From Protoeuglena noctilucae (taxonomy: Eukaryota), in assembly GCA_958009085.1 (NCBI GenBank), contig OY253681.1, positions 744,001-808,000 of the forward strand: a DNA stretch of 64,000 nt. The letters run 5' to 3'. The notes beneath the pieces are model-generated. The model ran no database searches and had not been told where the DNA came from. It saw only the letters and a list, made by a program, of their open reading frames with translations. Below, piece by piece: positions 36,092-49,295 of this stretch; position 1 is the first letter of the stretch; every line of letters starts with the position of its first letter. The translations under genes were made by a program, and so were the position numbers.

Positions 36092-37246
36092 ATGTCGCAA
36101 CGACGGCTCACGCTCAGCGACCCGATCACGGAGGCCCAGATGACAGACATGTACAAGGCGATGGTTCGGAAAGAAGACCGCTCCAGGTGACCCAGCTCGC
36201 AAAGAAGCGCCGGGGACGCAAGAGGTCACGTCCCCAGGCTTCCCTCCGGCCAGCGCGCCCCCAGAAGCCGGCGATGCCTGGTCCTGCATCGCCAGCGTGG
36301 TCTTCACGACACGCAAAGTGCAGATGCTGCGACGATTCCGGCCCTCCTATCTTAGTTGGTCTCCGGGGGCCTCCCAGCCACCCACCCTGCGCCTTGCCGC
36401 CCTGCGCGAACGAACGCTCTATGCGCGCCCCCCGCCCTTCCACCCCCGACGCAGGGATACCTTCAAGCGTGTCTGGGGATTCATGTGCGAGCACGACGCG
36501 CGATCCCTGGAGCGCTCTCGGGGAATTCAGCAGCAGCATAAGATCCAGGCGAAATATTTCTCCACCCCGCCGGCCAAGGGCCAGCCGCAGTGGGTCACGA
36601 AGGACATCCCTCTACGGTGCGCATGTTGCGGCCCCGTTCCTCCCACCCGGCCGCGGCCGCGGGGACTTGCAGCGCACGTCGCGGTCACATCCCGACGTGA
36701 CCCCTGCACCCATCGCCTCCCCATTTCGTTTCCGCTCCTGGCCCGCAGCACTCACGCGCACATGGTGTCGCGATCACACGGGGAGTCGTCCCTGGCGTCC
36801 TCCCAAGCCCTCAGCTCGACCATCTCGTCGCACTCGTCGAGGATGCAGGAGCTGCAAGACGAGCACCGCAACCCCTTCCTCGCCAACACCAACCGGGTGC
36901 GTGCCGCGAGGGGCACCGTCATCAGACACTAGTTGACAACAAGCCACACGCTCATATGGCTATTGTGGACGCCTTTCTGCACACCTCGCCTCCCCTTTCC
37001 CACCTCCCTGCACCCGTTCCCGCACCGCCACCCCTCTTCTGCACCCCTCACCTCCTCACCCGCCAGCCCCGTGTCCCCACTGCCCCCATCCCACCCCACC
37101 CCTCGCCCCGCACCCCCCCCCAGGTGTACGGCTCCCGCCTCATCACCCTGGAGGCGTTTGGCGTGAGCGAGCACGGCAAGCGCCGGCCCCTCTCCGTTCC
37201 CACGAGCTACTTCGCCCCCCGCGGGCATGACTGGAAGGCTCTGTGA
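36092..37246 (+). CDS. Small protein, possibly C20orf85/LLC1 (ciliary microtubule inner protein)-like
   Basis: Four exons in compatible phases: MSQRRLTLSDPITEAQMTDMYKAMVRKEDRS|RDTFKRVWGFM...|...FLANTNR|VYGSRLITLEAFGVSEHGKRR. The family call rests only on recalled similarity to the 'E...W...WGFL' motif. Confidence 0.5.
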
Positions 37247-37969
37247 CGCTCTGACACCAGATACTGACACCGGATGATGTCACCGAGCACCCCGTCACTG
37301 GGAGGCCCTCTGACACCGGATGATGTGTCACGGAGCAGTCCTCTGTCCTGGTGCCCAGACACCAGTGCCCGCACCCCCACGCCACCGCCACCACCTCGTC
37401 GGTTGTCGGTTGTTGTGCCCCAGTACCCAAGGCCCGCCCCTTGTGCCGGAACAACGGACGCCGTCGCAGCTAGACGAAGCTCCCCTCCCCTCTGTCCAGC
37501 GAGCTATGCCCCGATCGGTTTCCCCCGCATAGCTCACACGCACACCTCACAGGCGCGCCTCGTCAGCCTGGCGAGGCCGTCTCGTGTTTCCCTTCCTCGC
37601 AAGCGTGTCTGTGATCTGCCCACCCAGTTGTGCCCCGAACTAGCCTTGCGATAGAGTAGACTCTCTGGTCGTTTGCCGTTGATCCAGTACAGGATCTCTG
37701 ATGCCGCAACGCTTGTGATGCAACGCGTCGCTGCGTTGAAAGACGCGACGCGCGCAAAGAGAAAGAGGAAGCAAAGCGGGTGTGTGCGGGTGTTGTGCAG
37801 ATGTGCCGTGCGCAGGCGTCACCCAGCAGATAGAAAGGGCTAGGGAGGCGCGGGGCGGTACTGGTCGCACAGCGCACCTCGCTAGCTGGCGCATCGAAAC
37901 GTGCTATGCCCCGGGAGAGGCTTGCTATGCGCGAGCGGACGCACGGTGTTAAAGCCTCCCAGCTAACCC

Positions 37970-38510
37970 TCAGTTGCGCAGCTCCACTTCCCGGAAGATG
38001 CGGTCGAGCTCCTCCGTCCACACGCGGTCCTCGCCGGGCGCGGATCGGAAGGGCTGCCGGTCTGCAAGGACAGGGTGGAGGGCGTGGCTGCTGAGCTGAT
38101 GACGTAGCGCACGCATCTAAGGCCAGATGTGCACTACTGCCAAGCCGGAACAGCACAGGGCACACCTGCTCCGTTCATTGCGACATGCTCGCTAGCCCTC
38201 ACCAGTCGTCATGGGCCGCCGCGCTGCCTTCAGAATGGCGTCTTCGACCTCCACCATCCGAAACGCCTTCGCTGCATCCCCGTGCCGCGCGGCCCGCTCA
38301 ATTTCCCTCTCCAGCTCGCGCGCCTCGGTGAACTCTTCCAGAAGCTCGTCTCGAGGGCTCATGGCGTCCTGCAGGGGCGCAGTTATAGCGGGGGCTTTGT
38401 AGGTCAACGAGTTGGTTATCAGCATTCGGGTTAGGGCGCGATATCTCTTCCTTCAGCGCACTCGCCTTCATATCCAGTGCCTTGTTAAGCTTCTTGTGCA
38501 GGGAGGCCAT
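37970..38510 (-). CDS. Small uncharacterised helical protein (~100 aa, 3 exons)
   Basis: MASLHKKLNKALDMK|DAMSPRDELLEEFTEARELEREIERAARHGDAAKAFRMVEVEDAILKAARRPMTT|DRQPFRSAPGEDRVWTEELDRIFREVELRN-TGA, with phase-compatible GC-AG and GT-AG introns. Confidence 0.6.
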
Positions 38511-39061
38511 CTCTTGGCTGTGGAAGGGATGCGCGGGGGCCGCCATCGTGCGCCTGCGTCCATGAAGGGGGTCTCGTGGAAAACATGGAGTGATAGAGCG
38601 AGCGCTCGTGCAACTAACGAAAATTTTAGGCGTAAAACAACACCATGCGCGGCTTGCGAGGAGATACCAAACGCGGAGACGGGCGCGAGGGCCCCGTACC
38701 CTAGGCGCGCATCCCCTGCTGCCGAGGCCGCGTCGCGATTGAAAAGCACAGCAGCAAGGGGTTCCTTGACAATCAACGCGACTGAATCTGCCAATTACTT
38801 CCAGCTAGAGTAATCACACGTGGTTGTTGGGCCTGTGTTGCGAAGCGGTTAGGTCTCGCCGTGATGGGAACGTTGGGTTGCTCGGCCAGTGGCACTCGTG
38901 GATGCATGACTGGCTTGGCGTCGATGGTATGGAGCGCAAAGGACAAGGCACCGTCTGACGTGTCCAGTCAGTCCCAGCCTGACAGCGCTGCTCATTTTCC
39001 AGCAAGGGCGGACGGTATGTGCGATGAAATTCAGCAAGTTTGTCATCTATCGCTTTTGAGG

Positions 39062-40074
39062 ATGTCAGGGATGATCGCGGTTAGCGCATTTATCACCCCT
39101 CACGCGCCCACACCGCACAGAAGAAGGCGGGCACAACAACTCACGGCGCGTTCCCTTCCGGAGGACGATGTAGTCATCGTTACAGGTAGAGAGTACTGTG
39201 GAGCGCGAAGGGCGTTGATCGGGGGCGCGCTGCTGCTGCCGGTCGCGGCGTGGGTGACGGTTGCGGCGGAGGACGGAAGCAAACGAGCATCCACGTTCCG
39301 GTGCGTGGCTCGTCTCACCAACTGGCTGCGGTGATGCACGCGGCGCCAATTGACGAATCTTTGGAGAGCGTCGCACCACCGCCATCCTCAGGCGCGATCG
39401 TCGGGGCGATGATCTCAACGCGCAGGTCGAGCTCCCGCGCGACTACGCGTTCTCATACCCCTCGGTGACCCGCGCCATATCTGAGATCACAACTCATTCC
39501 GTCACTCCGCCGGTGCGCCACGTTCGGTAGCGCTGTCGTCGCAGGGTTGGGAGCCGGAGAGGGTTTCAAGGAGCGATGCAGACGCTTTCGGGACAGATGC
39601 GCGGGTGGTGGGCAAGGAGGGCTCGGTTGAGGTCTCCATCTTCCCTTTCCAAGGCCTAGCGACCGCCGACGGCCTGCGCGGAGTGCTGACGCGCACCCGC
39701 CTGGGCCCCGACACCGACCTGACGGGGGCGACCGTGGTTGCGATGTCCGAGGTCCGCAGCCGAAAAGGCGGTCCTGCTGCGTTCGTCCTGGAAACGGAGC
39801 GGCCCCGCGCAGTCGTGGTGGCCATCGCGAGCGAGGCGAGGAGGCTGGGTGCTTGCTGCCGGGTGCTGCTGCATGCTGCGAGTTCCACTCCCGCACGTGT
39901 TCCTGCGCTGCGCCGGAACTTATGTACGGATGACATTCTATTGCTGCAATCACGTTGTGATTCCAGGGCGCGCTGTACGTGCTGCACGGGAGGGCCACCG
40001 CCAGGGGGTCGCGGAAGTGGGACGCCGTCAAAGGCGACCTGCAGCGGGCAGCGGTGAGCTTCGAACTCCTGTGA
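39062..40074 (+). CDS. PsbP-domain thylakoid lumen protein
   Basis: Transit-like N-terminus with twin-arginine RRALIGGALLLPVAA, then DYAFSYPS|GW and a C-terminal GALYVLHG...KWDAVKGDLQRAAVSFELL typical of the PsbP fold. Confidence 0.72.
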
Positions 40075-40388
40075 TGCTGTTGCGTAACCAAGAGAGCCCT
40101 GCAGTATATGTTCACCTTTTGAGCAAGCTTGGTTGGTTCTTGCCAGCATTTGTGCTCCTTCCCCCATTCCCAGTCTTCTCTCCACAATCGTGGGATCGCA
40201 GATCGAATTTGTTCTGAACACTCACACTATACGGCTCTCATCCATTAAACCTCGTACTATCACGCGTGTCACGCTGCCCTAACATCACATCAACCAACCC
40301 ACTCCTCCCCATCGCCCCATGCCCCCACATGCCCCCGGCCCCCCGTCGCTAGCCCAACCCAGCGTCTGCCCGTTCAGCCCCCACCCCC

Positions 40389-42559
40389 TCATCGCTCCTC
40401 GTCTGCCCAGTTCAGGGTCTGCCCGATGAGCCGGAACAGCTCCTGGTTCCATGGAGCGAAGGCGTGGCGCAGCTGCACTTGCATCGTCGGGTGCATCTGC
40501 CTGCCACGGTACTCCGACTGCGGGGGCGAAGCACGGCACGATTGCATGCATTGCATGCTGACAGCAATAAAGAAGAATTGATGGAGGCGACGCTTGCTCA
40601 CAGGTGCTCACAGGCGTGCTGAGTGGGACCGTGATATGGCATGTGGGTCACGAAAGGCACAAAGGAGGGGTGCGGGCAGGACTAGCCGTGCCCAGCTCAT
40701 GACAATAGCGAGCGTGACATTGACGTGACACGGGGATAACAACCGCCCGTGTGCGCTGTCACCTGCATCCCCGGCCTCATCTTCCGGTGCTTGTACAGGG
40801 ACGGGTCCGCTCCCACGAAGGAGATGACCTCCTTCACCACCGCCTCCTCGTTCCGCCTGCGCACGGTGCGACCCCTCGTCACGTTTGCTGGCGGCCAGGA
40901 AAGCCATGAAGCGTCCCATCACGTTCCTGTGACACACCCTCAGAGAGCTCGCCTGTATTCGTCGAAAGAGATGAAGAGAATCCGGTCGGCCTGGAAGCGC
41001 TCCACGAACGGGCGGACTCCTCTCACGGTCTGTGCCCCTCTGATCGCCATGCCGATTCTGCAGGGCAGAGGAAGAAAGAGCGTGTTTTGTGCTGCGCCTG
41101 CCGTCCACGCCCACAAACGCTACTATATACATACAAAGGTGCCTGCACTGGCTTTATTATCAATCTCCGTCTCACCTGTTGTAGAAGAGCTCGGGAAGGT
41201 TGTCGGGCAAGGGGTCCGTGGGTCCCTGCACGCATGCAACAACAAGCGAGTCTCTGCGCGACCCCGCGCATGTCTGCGGCCCGGACGGCGCGGCGATGCA
41301 TTCATTTCTAGGCATAGATCATCGCGTCGCACCAGGTTCTCGAGCTGCTTCCACAGCTGCGCCTCGTCGTCCCGCACAGCGAGCCTCGGGTCGCTCGGAC
41401 CCTGATACGCCTCCATGAGCGTCCACGGAACGTCGTGGCCCAGGTTGCGCAGCATCACCTGCATGCAATCGACGCAAACGAAACTTTCTCCATTTTATCC
41501 TGTCTGAGATGGGATGAAAGAGCAACGCTAAGTTACTGCAGGGGAATACGCAGCATGCACCTCGGTGCTGAAGAGGGCGGAGACGGGCTCGCGGATCATG
41601 AAGATGAGCTTGGCGTCGGGCGTGACCCGCCGGATGCGCTCGGCTGCGGAAGGCACGGCAAAGAGAGGCGCGTTATGACATGGCGTGATCGGGCGTGATG
41701 GCCACGACAAAGCCACGCGCAATTGCATACGCACCGGTGTAGGGGAGACACGCAAAGACCGGACACGCGTCGAAAAACAGAGACCGTGACACGCCACGGA
41801 CGCACTGCGGGCGCGAAATCCAATCTTAGAGCTTGAAAGAATGCAAGGCGCACCGTCCCCACCCTCGTGCCCCACCAACCCTCACCTCCGCCCACCACTC
41901 CTCGACCAGCGTCGGGAAGAAGGACCGGTAGAGCCACGGCTGGTGCGCGGCGTCCTTCCCCAGGCACCCCGCGAAGAAATGGGACTCTTTGCGTAGTGCC
42001 TCGTGGCCCCTCACGCCGTCAATGCCCAGCATGGCCGGGTGGTCCCGGAGACGGTTCGCGAGGCTCGTGGTGCCGGCCTCAGGGAAGCCCAGGATGTAGA
42101 AGTCCGGCAGGCGGCGCCGGACGGGCACCGACAGCACCCTCCGCAGCACGTTGATCGTGTAAGCCACCTCGAAGGCCTGGCGCACCAGCCACCCGCGGCG
42201 CCTGCGCACAGGGGGATACAGAAGTGGCGCGTGACGCAGCTGCGTGGCGCACGCAGCGCAGGGCGGCGGCGGGCGGCGCAGCGAGCGGCGCACCCGTAGG
42301 TGGCCCAGACGCCTCTGGCGAAGGGCAGGGCCCAGTAGAAGCGCTGCAGGAGGATGCGCCGGGGCACGTACGTCAGGGTCAGCAGCACGGCGAGGACGGT
42401 GGCGACTGCGGGGGGCGCGGAGGCTCTGATGTCTGCCCAACGGTCGCGACCCGCGCACTGCGCCGCGCGGGGACCGCGTGGGCGCGACGCATCACCAGTG
42501 TGCCAGAGAAGGGCCACCGGCAGCGCCAGCGTGAGCGCTAGCTTCCGCAGGAGCCCCAT
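40389..42559 (-). CDS. Membrane-anchored sulfotransferase (heparan-sulfate sulfotransferase-like fold)
   Basis: Hydrophobic N-terminus, 5'-PSB-like LPDFYILGFPEAGTTSL, KESHFF, 3'-PB-like PDAKLIFMIREPVSALFS and C-terminal FAPWNQELFRLIG. Confidence 0.82.
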
Positions 42560-42856
42560 CCCGGCGGGCCCGCACTCCCCGACACTCGGCCTCCAAGCGC
42601 GAGCGCCTCCGCCCGGGGAGGTGGATGAAAGGGGTATATCGCGAGGTTTCAACGCATGAAGCTCCGGGATGGCATGTGTCGCGGACGCGCGCGCGAGAAC
42701 TGCGAGCTGCGAGCTTCCCGAACCTAGGGCCGTCCGACGCAGGAAGCGAGGGCAGAGTGACCTGACGCGGCAGGCATCCAGACCCGCAAGCACAGAAGTG
42801 CGAATTGCTGCGCGCTAGCCGTCGCAAAAGGCGCTGCGCACGCTCAGGGGACCCGA

Positions 42857-45800
42857 TCATGCCTTCCCAGGCTCCGCACCGTCCCCGTCTACCACCTTCG
42901 TGCCGATCTTCCTCGTCCGCTCCGCAATCTCCTCCCGCTTGCGCTGGACGCGCGCCTACGAGGGTGGCAACGACGGCCAGGGTTCGCTGCAGCGCGACAC
43001 ACATTCGCGTCGACACAGTGCAGCTGCAACGGCCCTCCCCCGCGCTCCGCGATCGCACCTCCAGTTTGTCCAGCGCACCCCGCACCGCGTTGATATCCAG
43101 CTGCTCGGCGGACTGCAGGAGCCCGGCGGGACCCGCATCCTCGCCACCCCCGCCCCTGCGCGTGCAAGAAACACACGGTGCAGCTTTCCCTGAAAAAATG
43201 CAGTCACATGTCAACCCTATCCCAGCGCACCCCCGCTGCTAGTCCCCGCCATGCCCCATCCCCACTCCCCGCACCCTCCCAACCACCACCACCCCCACCA
43301 CGCATGTCCCCACCGCCCCTGCCACCCACCCCCACGCCCCCCCCACCTGGGCATGAGGGCTCCCCCCGGCACCGCCGGCGCGGCCCGGTCGAGCTGCGCG
43401 ACCAGTCGGTCCAGCCGATCGTCGTTCTCGAGTCGGTCCATTAGGTGCATTTGCGTGACGCGTATGCCAAGGGACATGAGGGAGCGGCGGAGCAGGGAGA
43501 CCTCGGACTGGAAGCCCTGGGGGTGGGAGGGGTGTGGGGGAGAGGTGAGTAAGGGTACGGGTGGTGAGTGATGTGAGAAAAAGGCCTCACCTCCACCACC
43601 CTCTACCCCCTCACCATCACCCCACAACACCCCCACCACACCCGAACAGCCCCTCACCTCCATGTCCATGACCCTCCTCTGCTCGGACCTCCTCAGCGCC
43701 GCCTTGAGATCCCGCACCCGCCCCTCCAGCTCGGCGATGCGCCCCTCGTACGCCACCCTCACGGCGTCGTGCATCGTCTCCACCTGCCGCATCGAGTGCT
43801 CCTTCTCCTTCAGCTGCTTGCGCATGCCGTCCGAGAACTCCCTGGGAAGCATGAGTGACTCTTGTGCATGTGTGATTGGATGGCACAGGACGTGGCACTG
43901 CACACCGCTCTCTCTTAGGCATGACGACCAGCCACGCTTCCCCACTCACCTCATGCTACCCCTCGCGCTCACCTGCTGCCCCACCCTGTTCATCTCTCAC
44001 CTCACTCTCCCCACCCACCCACCCAGCCCACCCCTCACCTCACTCTCCCCTCGCATGCTTCCTTGAACAACGCCATCTCCTCCCTCCCCCTCCTCTTTGT
44101 CGCCTCTGCCTCCGCCCTCGCCTCCTCCACCGCCCGCGTCAACGCTTCCCGCGTCTCCACCAGCTCCTTTTCAGCTGCGTGCTTCACCTGGCGGGCCTGG
44201 GGTAGAGGGGAGAGAGAGGGGGGAATGGATTGAGAGAGGACCCCGTCACACTGTGTATAAGAGGCAGTGATACTGCTTTGTCTGGGTTGCCTGGTACAAG
44301 GGGACAGAGACAAGTAAACTGAGCAACTTCATGTGGCCCTCGATGTCAGTGCCACCCCTCCTCATCCGACCACCACCCCTCATGTCAACGACACCCCTCC
44401 CCATCCCTTCCACACACACCCCGCACCCCTCCTCATCCTCACCTTGATGTAGTCCCTCGTCGTCGCCTCCAGCGCCTCCTGCAGCCCCCCCTGCCTCTCT
44501 AATGCGTGGTCCAGTGCCGCACGCAACGCCCCCGCCTGCGCATCCGCATCCACCTCCGCCACCCTCCTGTCCTCTAACAGCGCCGCGATGCGCTCGTGCG
44601 CGAAGGTCTTGTGTTCCGACAACTGCGCTTTCAATGACTTGATCTGGAGGAGGAGGGAGTCCACGGAGACGCCCTCGCCGGGGTAGGGACGGAAACGCGA
44701 ACGGCGGCCTTGCTCCCACTGGGGAAGGGGTGGAGGGTGGGGGGCAGTTTGCCAGAGATAAGAAGGGAGATTGCCGCTGAAGGTAACGTTCCAATGACGT
44801 ATTGTCGCGTTCAGCTCCACCCCTGACCCCTTGTCCTCACCTGCCCCGCGTCACAGTCAACCCCACCCCTCTTCTCCCTCACCTGCGCGACGTCTCGATC
44901 GTCCCCCCCAGCCGCTGCCGCCATGGCACCCCCTGGGCCGTCCCTGTCAATGAAGTGGGTCGTCTCTGGGCCAGCCGGCTGCGTCACGGCCAGCAAGTGC
45001 TGGATGCGCTTGCGGTCCTCTGTACGGGAGTCATGAGATGTGAGTGGGTAAGAATGTCGATGGGCACGCAGTGGAGGCTTGGCGTGCGATGCTGTGCGCT
45101 GCCACGGCGTCGACGTTGTCACATGACATCATCACAGCAACCCTCCCTTCCCTCCACCACGCCCCCCCTCGCCTGCCTCCTGGATCCTCAGCTCGTCGTT
45201 CTGGGCCTGCAGCGCCAGCAGTTTCTGGCGCTCGTCGAAAAGCATCACGTGGGCGTCCGACAGCGCCCGCTGCAGGTCCCTAACCTCCTGCATCCGCGTC
45301 TTGCTCTCCACCTGGAGACGATACAGCTCTTTCGTGTCCACCCTGCGGGGAGGTTTATCGCAGACGCGCGGCGGTGATTTATCACACAAATGCAATTTGC
45401 ATGGAAAGGATGGACCCAGCTGCACCCGCGCGAGGCGCTCACTTGACGCGGTCGAGCGCGTCAAGGAGTTCTTTGCGCTCGCTGTCGAATTCCTCGCATC
45501 GCTGCTTGTAAAACTCCAAGAGCTCGCTCTGGTCGAGATGCGCAGCCTGGGGAGGGGGAGCCGGGGAACGCGTGGGCATCGGGGGCGCCCAAGGATGCGA
45601 CAGCTAGCACACATTTGCAGCACGTACGACCGTTCAGCGCTGGTAGGGGCGAAGCGGGCGCGAGGGGCGGCAGGAGCGCTGCAGAAAGGAGCGCCTGAGC
45701 GTCACGCGTGTCCCCGCAGCTCGCGCGTCCCTTTTGGCCCCGGCGCAAGCACGCCGCTTCGCACTTGCCTCTGCTTTCTTCGATGGCGGGGCTGCGGGGA

Positions 45801-45858
45801 CCTTGACGGCGCTCTCGGGCTTGGGAAAGCCCAGCGAGACTTTGGTCACCGTCGACAT
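42857..45858 (-). CDS. CCDC77: CCDC77-like coiled-coil (centriolar) protein
   Basis: ELLEFYKQRCEEFDSERKELL and EVRDLQRALSDAHVMLFDERQKLLALQAQNDELRIQE..EDRKRIQHLLA closely match the recalled CCDC77 signature (LQKALSD...LFQERE...ENDRLRIRELEDKKKIQ). Late exon MDME|GFQSEVSLLR. Confidence 0.78.
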
Positions 45859-46187
45859 TCCTCCCGCACTGACAAGGTCCAGTCGCCCGGTATTCGGGAT
45901 CTAACCAAACGTGAAAAGCTCTATGGGACGCGGCGACGGCAGCGCCGCACGTGCGGCGCGACCGCGCGGGATGACGCGCTTTGCGACGCTCCTCTGCGCC
46001 CTCCGGTGCGTCGCTTGGTCGACCAACGCCGCGCCACGCTCACTTATACGCGTGTTGCAAAGTGCAGCTTGCAAGACGCCCCGCGGGACCAGTGAGATTC
46101 AAACGCGGCCGTCTGTCGTGGGCGCCAGTCAACAACATGCCAGAGTCAGTCGACGCATCGATCCCCACCGAAGCGCCGATTCGCCCA

Positions 46188-48560
46188 TTAATGCCCGGAC
46201 AACGCGCGCGGGGGCGGCGCGGGGACGGGAGGCCGCCATCGCCCCATGTGCCGCGTAGACCCCCCCGTCCCTACACCGTTCTGCCCTAGCGCCTCGACTT
46301 TCCTCACAAGCCGCCCCCGCATATCCCGCAGCCGCACGGCGAGCTCGTCCCGCAGCGCGTCCCGTTGCCGCTCGGCTTGCTCTGCCCGCGCTGCTGCCTC
46401 TCGCACCGTTCGCTCCGCCACCCCGGCCCCATCGGGCCCTCCCCTGCCACCCTGCGCCGCCAGTCGCCGGTTCTCGTCCCGCAGAAATGCCACCTCTGCC
46501 GTCAGCTCCATCGCCGCGGCCTCCGATTGGTCCCGCGACGCAGCCAGGTCCCTGGGACGAGCAACCAAAACACGACTGTCAGCCAACACTTCAGCTCCCA
46601 GTCACCAGAGGTGCCAACGCAGTCGCCGCTGGCATGCATATGATTAGATCGTGTAAAGCATAGCACTCCCATCGTCATGCGGGCCAGGACAGGTCACCAG
46701 CGCTGCACACGTGCACACCGCCACGTTCGCCACCCCTCTGTGCCTCACTTGGCAGCGTCTCTCAGCCGCGCCACCTCCGCCTCCGCCGCCGCCAGCGCCG
46801 CGCGCGCGTCCCGGACCTGCCCCCGCAACACCTCCACCTCCTCTCTCAGCCCCCGCACCTCCGCCGCCGTCACGCCCCCGCTCGCCACCCCCCGCAGCCT
46901 GCCCTCCAGCTCAGCGACCCTCCCCTCCAACTCAGCTGCCCGCGCCGACAGCTCCGCGTTTTCTGATACCAGCCGCTCCTCCCTCGCGGCACCACCAGAG
47001 GCGGAGGCTGCGACAATCAAACACGAGTCGGGCTGAGTCGGGACCACACCAGGCATTACCCATCATGCCTTGTATTGTATCCCGCACTTTGCGACCCATT
47101 GTGCAAGCATTCGGTGCGCGGTCACACTCCCCACATCTGCAAACCCAAACCCGACAAGCCCTCGCCTCTCTCAAACGCCATCAGCCGCTCGCGGATTGCC
47201 GCCCCTTCTGCCTCCAGACGCCGTTTCTCAGACCGCAGCTGCGATGCCTCGCCCGGCGCTTCGTGCCCCGCCGCAGCCCCCGATGCCTCCGCCTGGGCCC
47301 GGAGACCCTCGTTCTCCTCCTGGAGATGCAAAAAGGTGTTAAACTCAACGCCGGTGGGGATCGATGCAATGACCGATCGCGCCGTGCATGGAGACGCCTT
47401 GGCTTGCAGCACCGTAGCGCCCATACCTCGAGCTGCTCCATTTCCCGCATCTGCGCCTCCACCCGGGCCAGCAGCTTGTCTCGACTCTTCTTCATGCGGC
47501 CCAAACTCGCGCGCAGCTCCCGCAGCACAGACGCCTCCACCTCCACCACGTCCCCGTCCGCGTCGCTCGCACCGGCGTACGCAAACTCCTCCGCCGCACT
47601 CGGCCCGTTCCCCTGGCCGCCTGCACCGGAAGACTCCAGCTCACGCACCCTGCCCAGTGCCGCCCGCAGCTCCTCCTCCAGCCGCTCCACGCGCCCCGCG
47701 CGCTCGGTAAGCGACTCGATGCGCTGCTCCAGAGATGCATTCCGACGCCGCTCCTCCTGCGAAGGATGGGTCACGACGCTGCACTTCGCGAACAAGCTTC
47801 GCCTCTCTTGCCACACCACCGTGCCACCGTCTGTCGCAGTCGCCCATGCACCTGCACGATCCGCAGCATTTCCTCGTCCACTTCTCCCGCCCGGTCCGCC
47901 AGCCCGCCCGCCGCGCCGTCCGCGCGGGCTGGCCCCGCAGCGCCCCTGTGCGCCCTGGCGTCGTCCTCCAGCTCCTCGATGCGGGCCTCCAGTTGGCGCA
48001 CTTGCCGCGTGAGTTCCATTCTTCGCTGCTGCAACGACGCGCATTCCTCCTGGAGGCGATCCTCTGCCTGCAGAGCACCATGTGCCGGGTGCAGGACTTT
48101 TCCTGGGCGATGCAGCCGCCCGCGGTCGCGCGCAGTTCGTGCGGGCATGCGCACCTGTTGCGCTCGCTTAGCTGCGGACAGCGCCTCGTCGCGCTCTCTC
48201 TCCGCGCGCTGCCGGCGGAGTCTCTCGTCCTCGAGGCCCCGCTCCACCTCCCGCAGGCTCGCGCGGAGGGAGGACGCCTCCTCAGACGCGCCCGCTAGTG
48301 CACGAGAGCTACGAGGGAGTTGGAAACGAAAGCTTTTCTGCCATGGCAGCGCAGGTTGGACTCGGGAGGGTCCCGAGGTGCAACTCGCGTTGAGCGAGGC
48401 TCTCTCACCGTGCCGACTCGGTCGCCAGCTCCCGCTTCAGTGACCCAATCTCCATCCTCAACCGCTCTACCTCCGCCGGTGGGTCCGCCACCTGCGGGAC
48501 AGATACACGCGGCGAAATGGCGACGCAGTAGCAAGACTTGCCCCTCGGCGTCGCGCACAC
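46188..48560 (-). CDS. Uncharacterised coiled-coil protein (multi-exon; ends approximate)
   Basis: Successive heptad-rich exons bounded by splice sites: AEVERLRMEIGSLKRELA, EDRLQEECASLQQRRMELTRQVRQLEARIEELE, EERRRNASLEQRIESL, LVSENAELSARAAELEGRVAELE and ELTAEVAFLRDENRRL. Confidence 0.6.
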
Positions 48561-49295
48561 GCGCCGATGCGATGCGTTAGAGCAGGCAGTCATTGATAGG
48601 TTTGTAACAACGCCGCTGACGCACCATGGTTGGCGCGCACGCTGTCTAACAATCCACGAGGCTTGGAAGACGCCCCTGCCGGTCCTGGCGGCCTATGCAC
48701 CAGCCCTCCCGATGCTCTTTGGACCCACGAGCATGGGCAGCCGATGGAGAAATGTGCGCCCAGCTGCGTCCTGAGCAGGCGGAGACGGGTCAAGTCGCGC
48801 AAGAATCTGATGGCACCGTTGGGTGGTGCCAAGGATCCCGCACGCCTCCGCGCACCTCCATTCCCGCGCAGGCTCGGGTTGAGTGAGCGCGCGAGCGGGT
48901 GCGGGGCCTGCGGATCTTCCTCGCGAGACGCAGAGCACGGCGTCGCACGTGACCAGGCATCTGCGCCGGCGTCTAGGTGAGAGTCGCGCTCGGACATCGC
49001 GCTGGCTGCGGGACATGAATGTTTTGGGCTCCATGCATCGCAAATGGCGTCGGGAGGGCTGCGGGGCCCTTGCCGGAGGCGATGCTTTTGCGGCTTTTCA
49101 GCGGGCCTTCGCCCCGAACCGAGGCCCCACCTGGGGCGAGCTGGGGCGTGATCGCTTTCTGTACTATTGGACCATCGCAGGTTTTGCGCGCGAGTCCTCC
49201 CGCGCTCTCCGCGCGTCGCAGGGTGCGGGAGTGAGTCGCCCACCAGGGCTGCTTTGTTGGCGCCCGCGCCGCCGCGCCTGGTCCCGGGAGTCGGC

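Noticed and set aside
37250..37365. Repeated CTGACACCGGATGATGT motif after the small gene's stop
   Set aside because: A short local duplication in a probable 3' UTR with no evidence of function.
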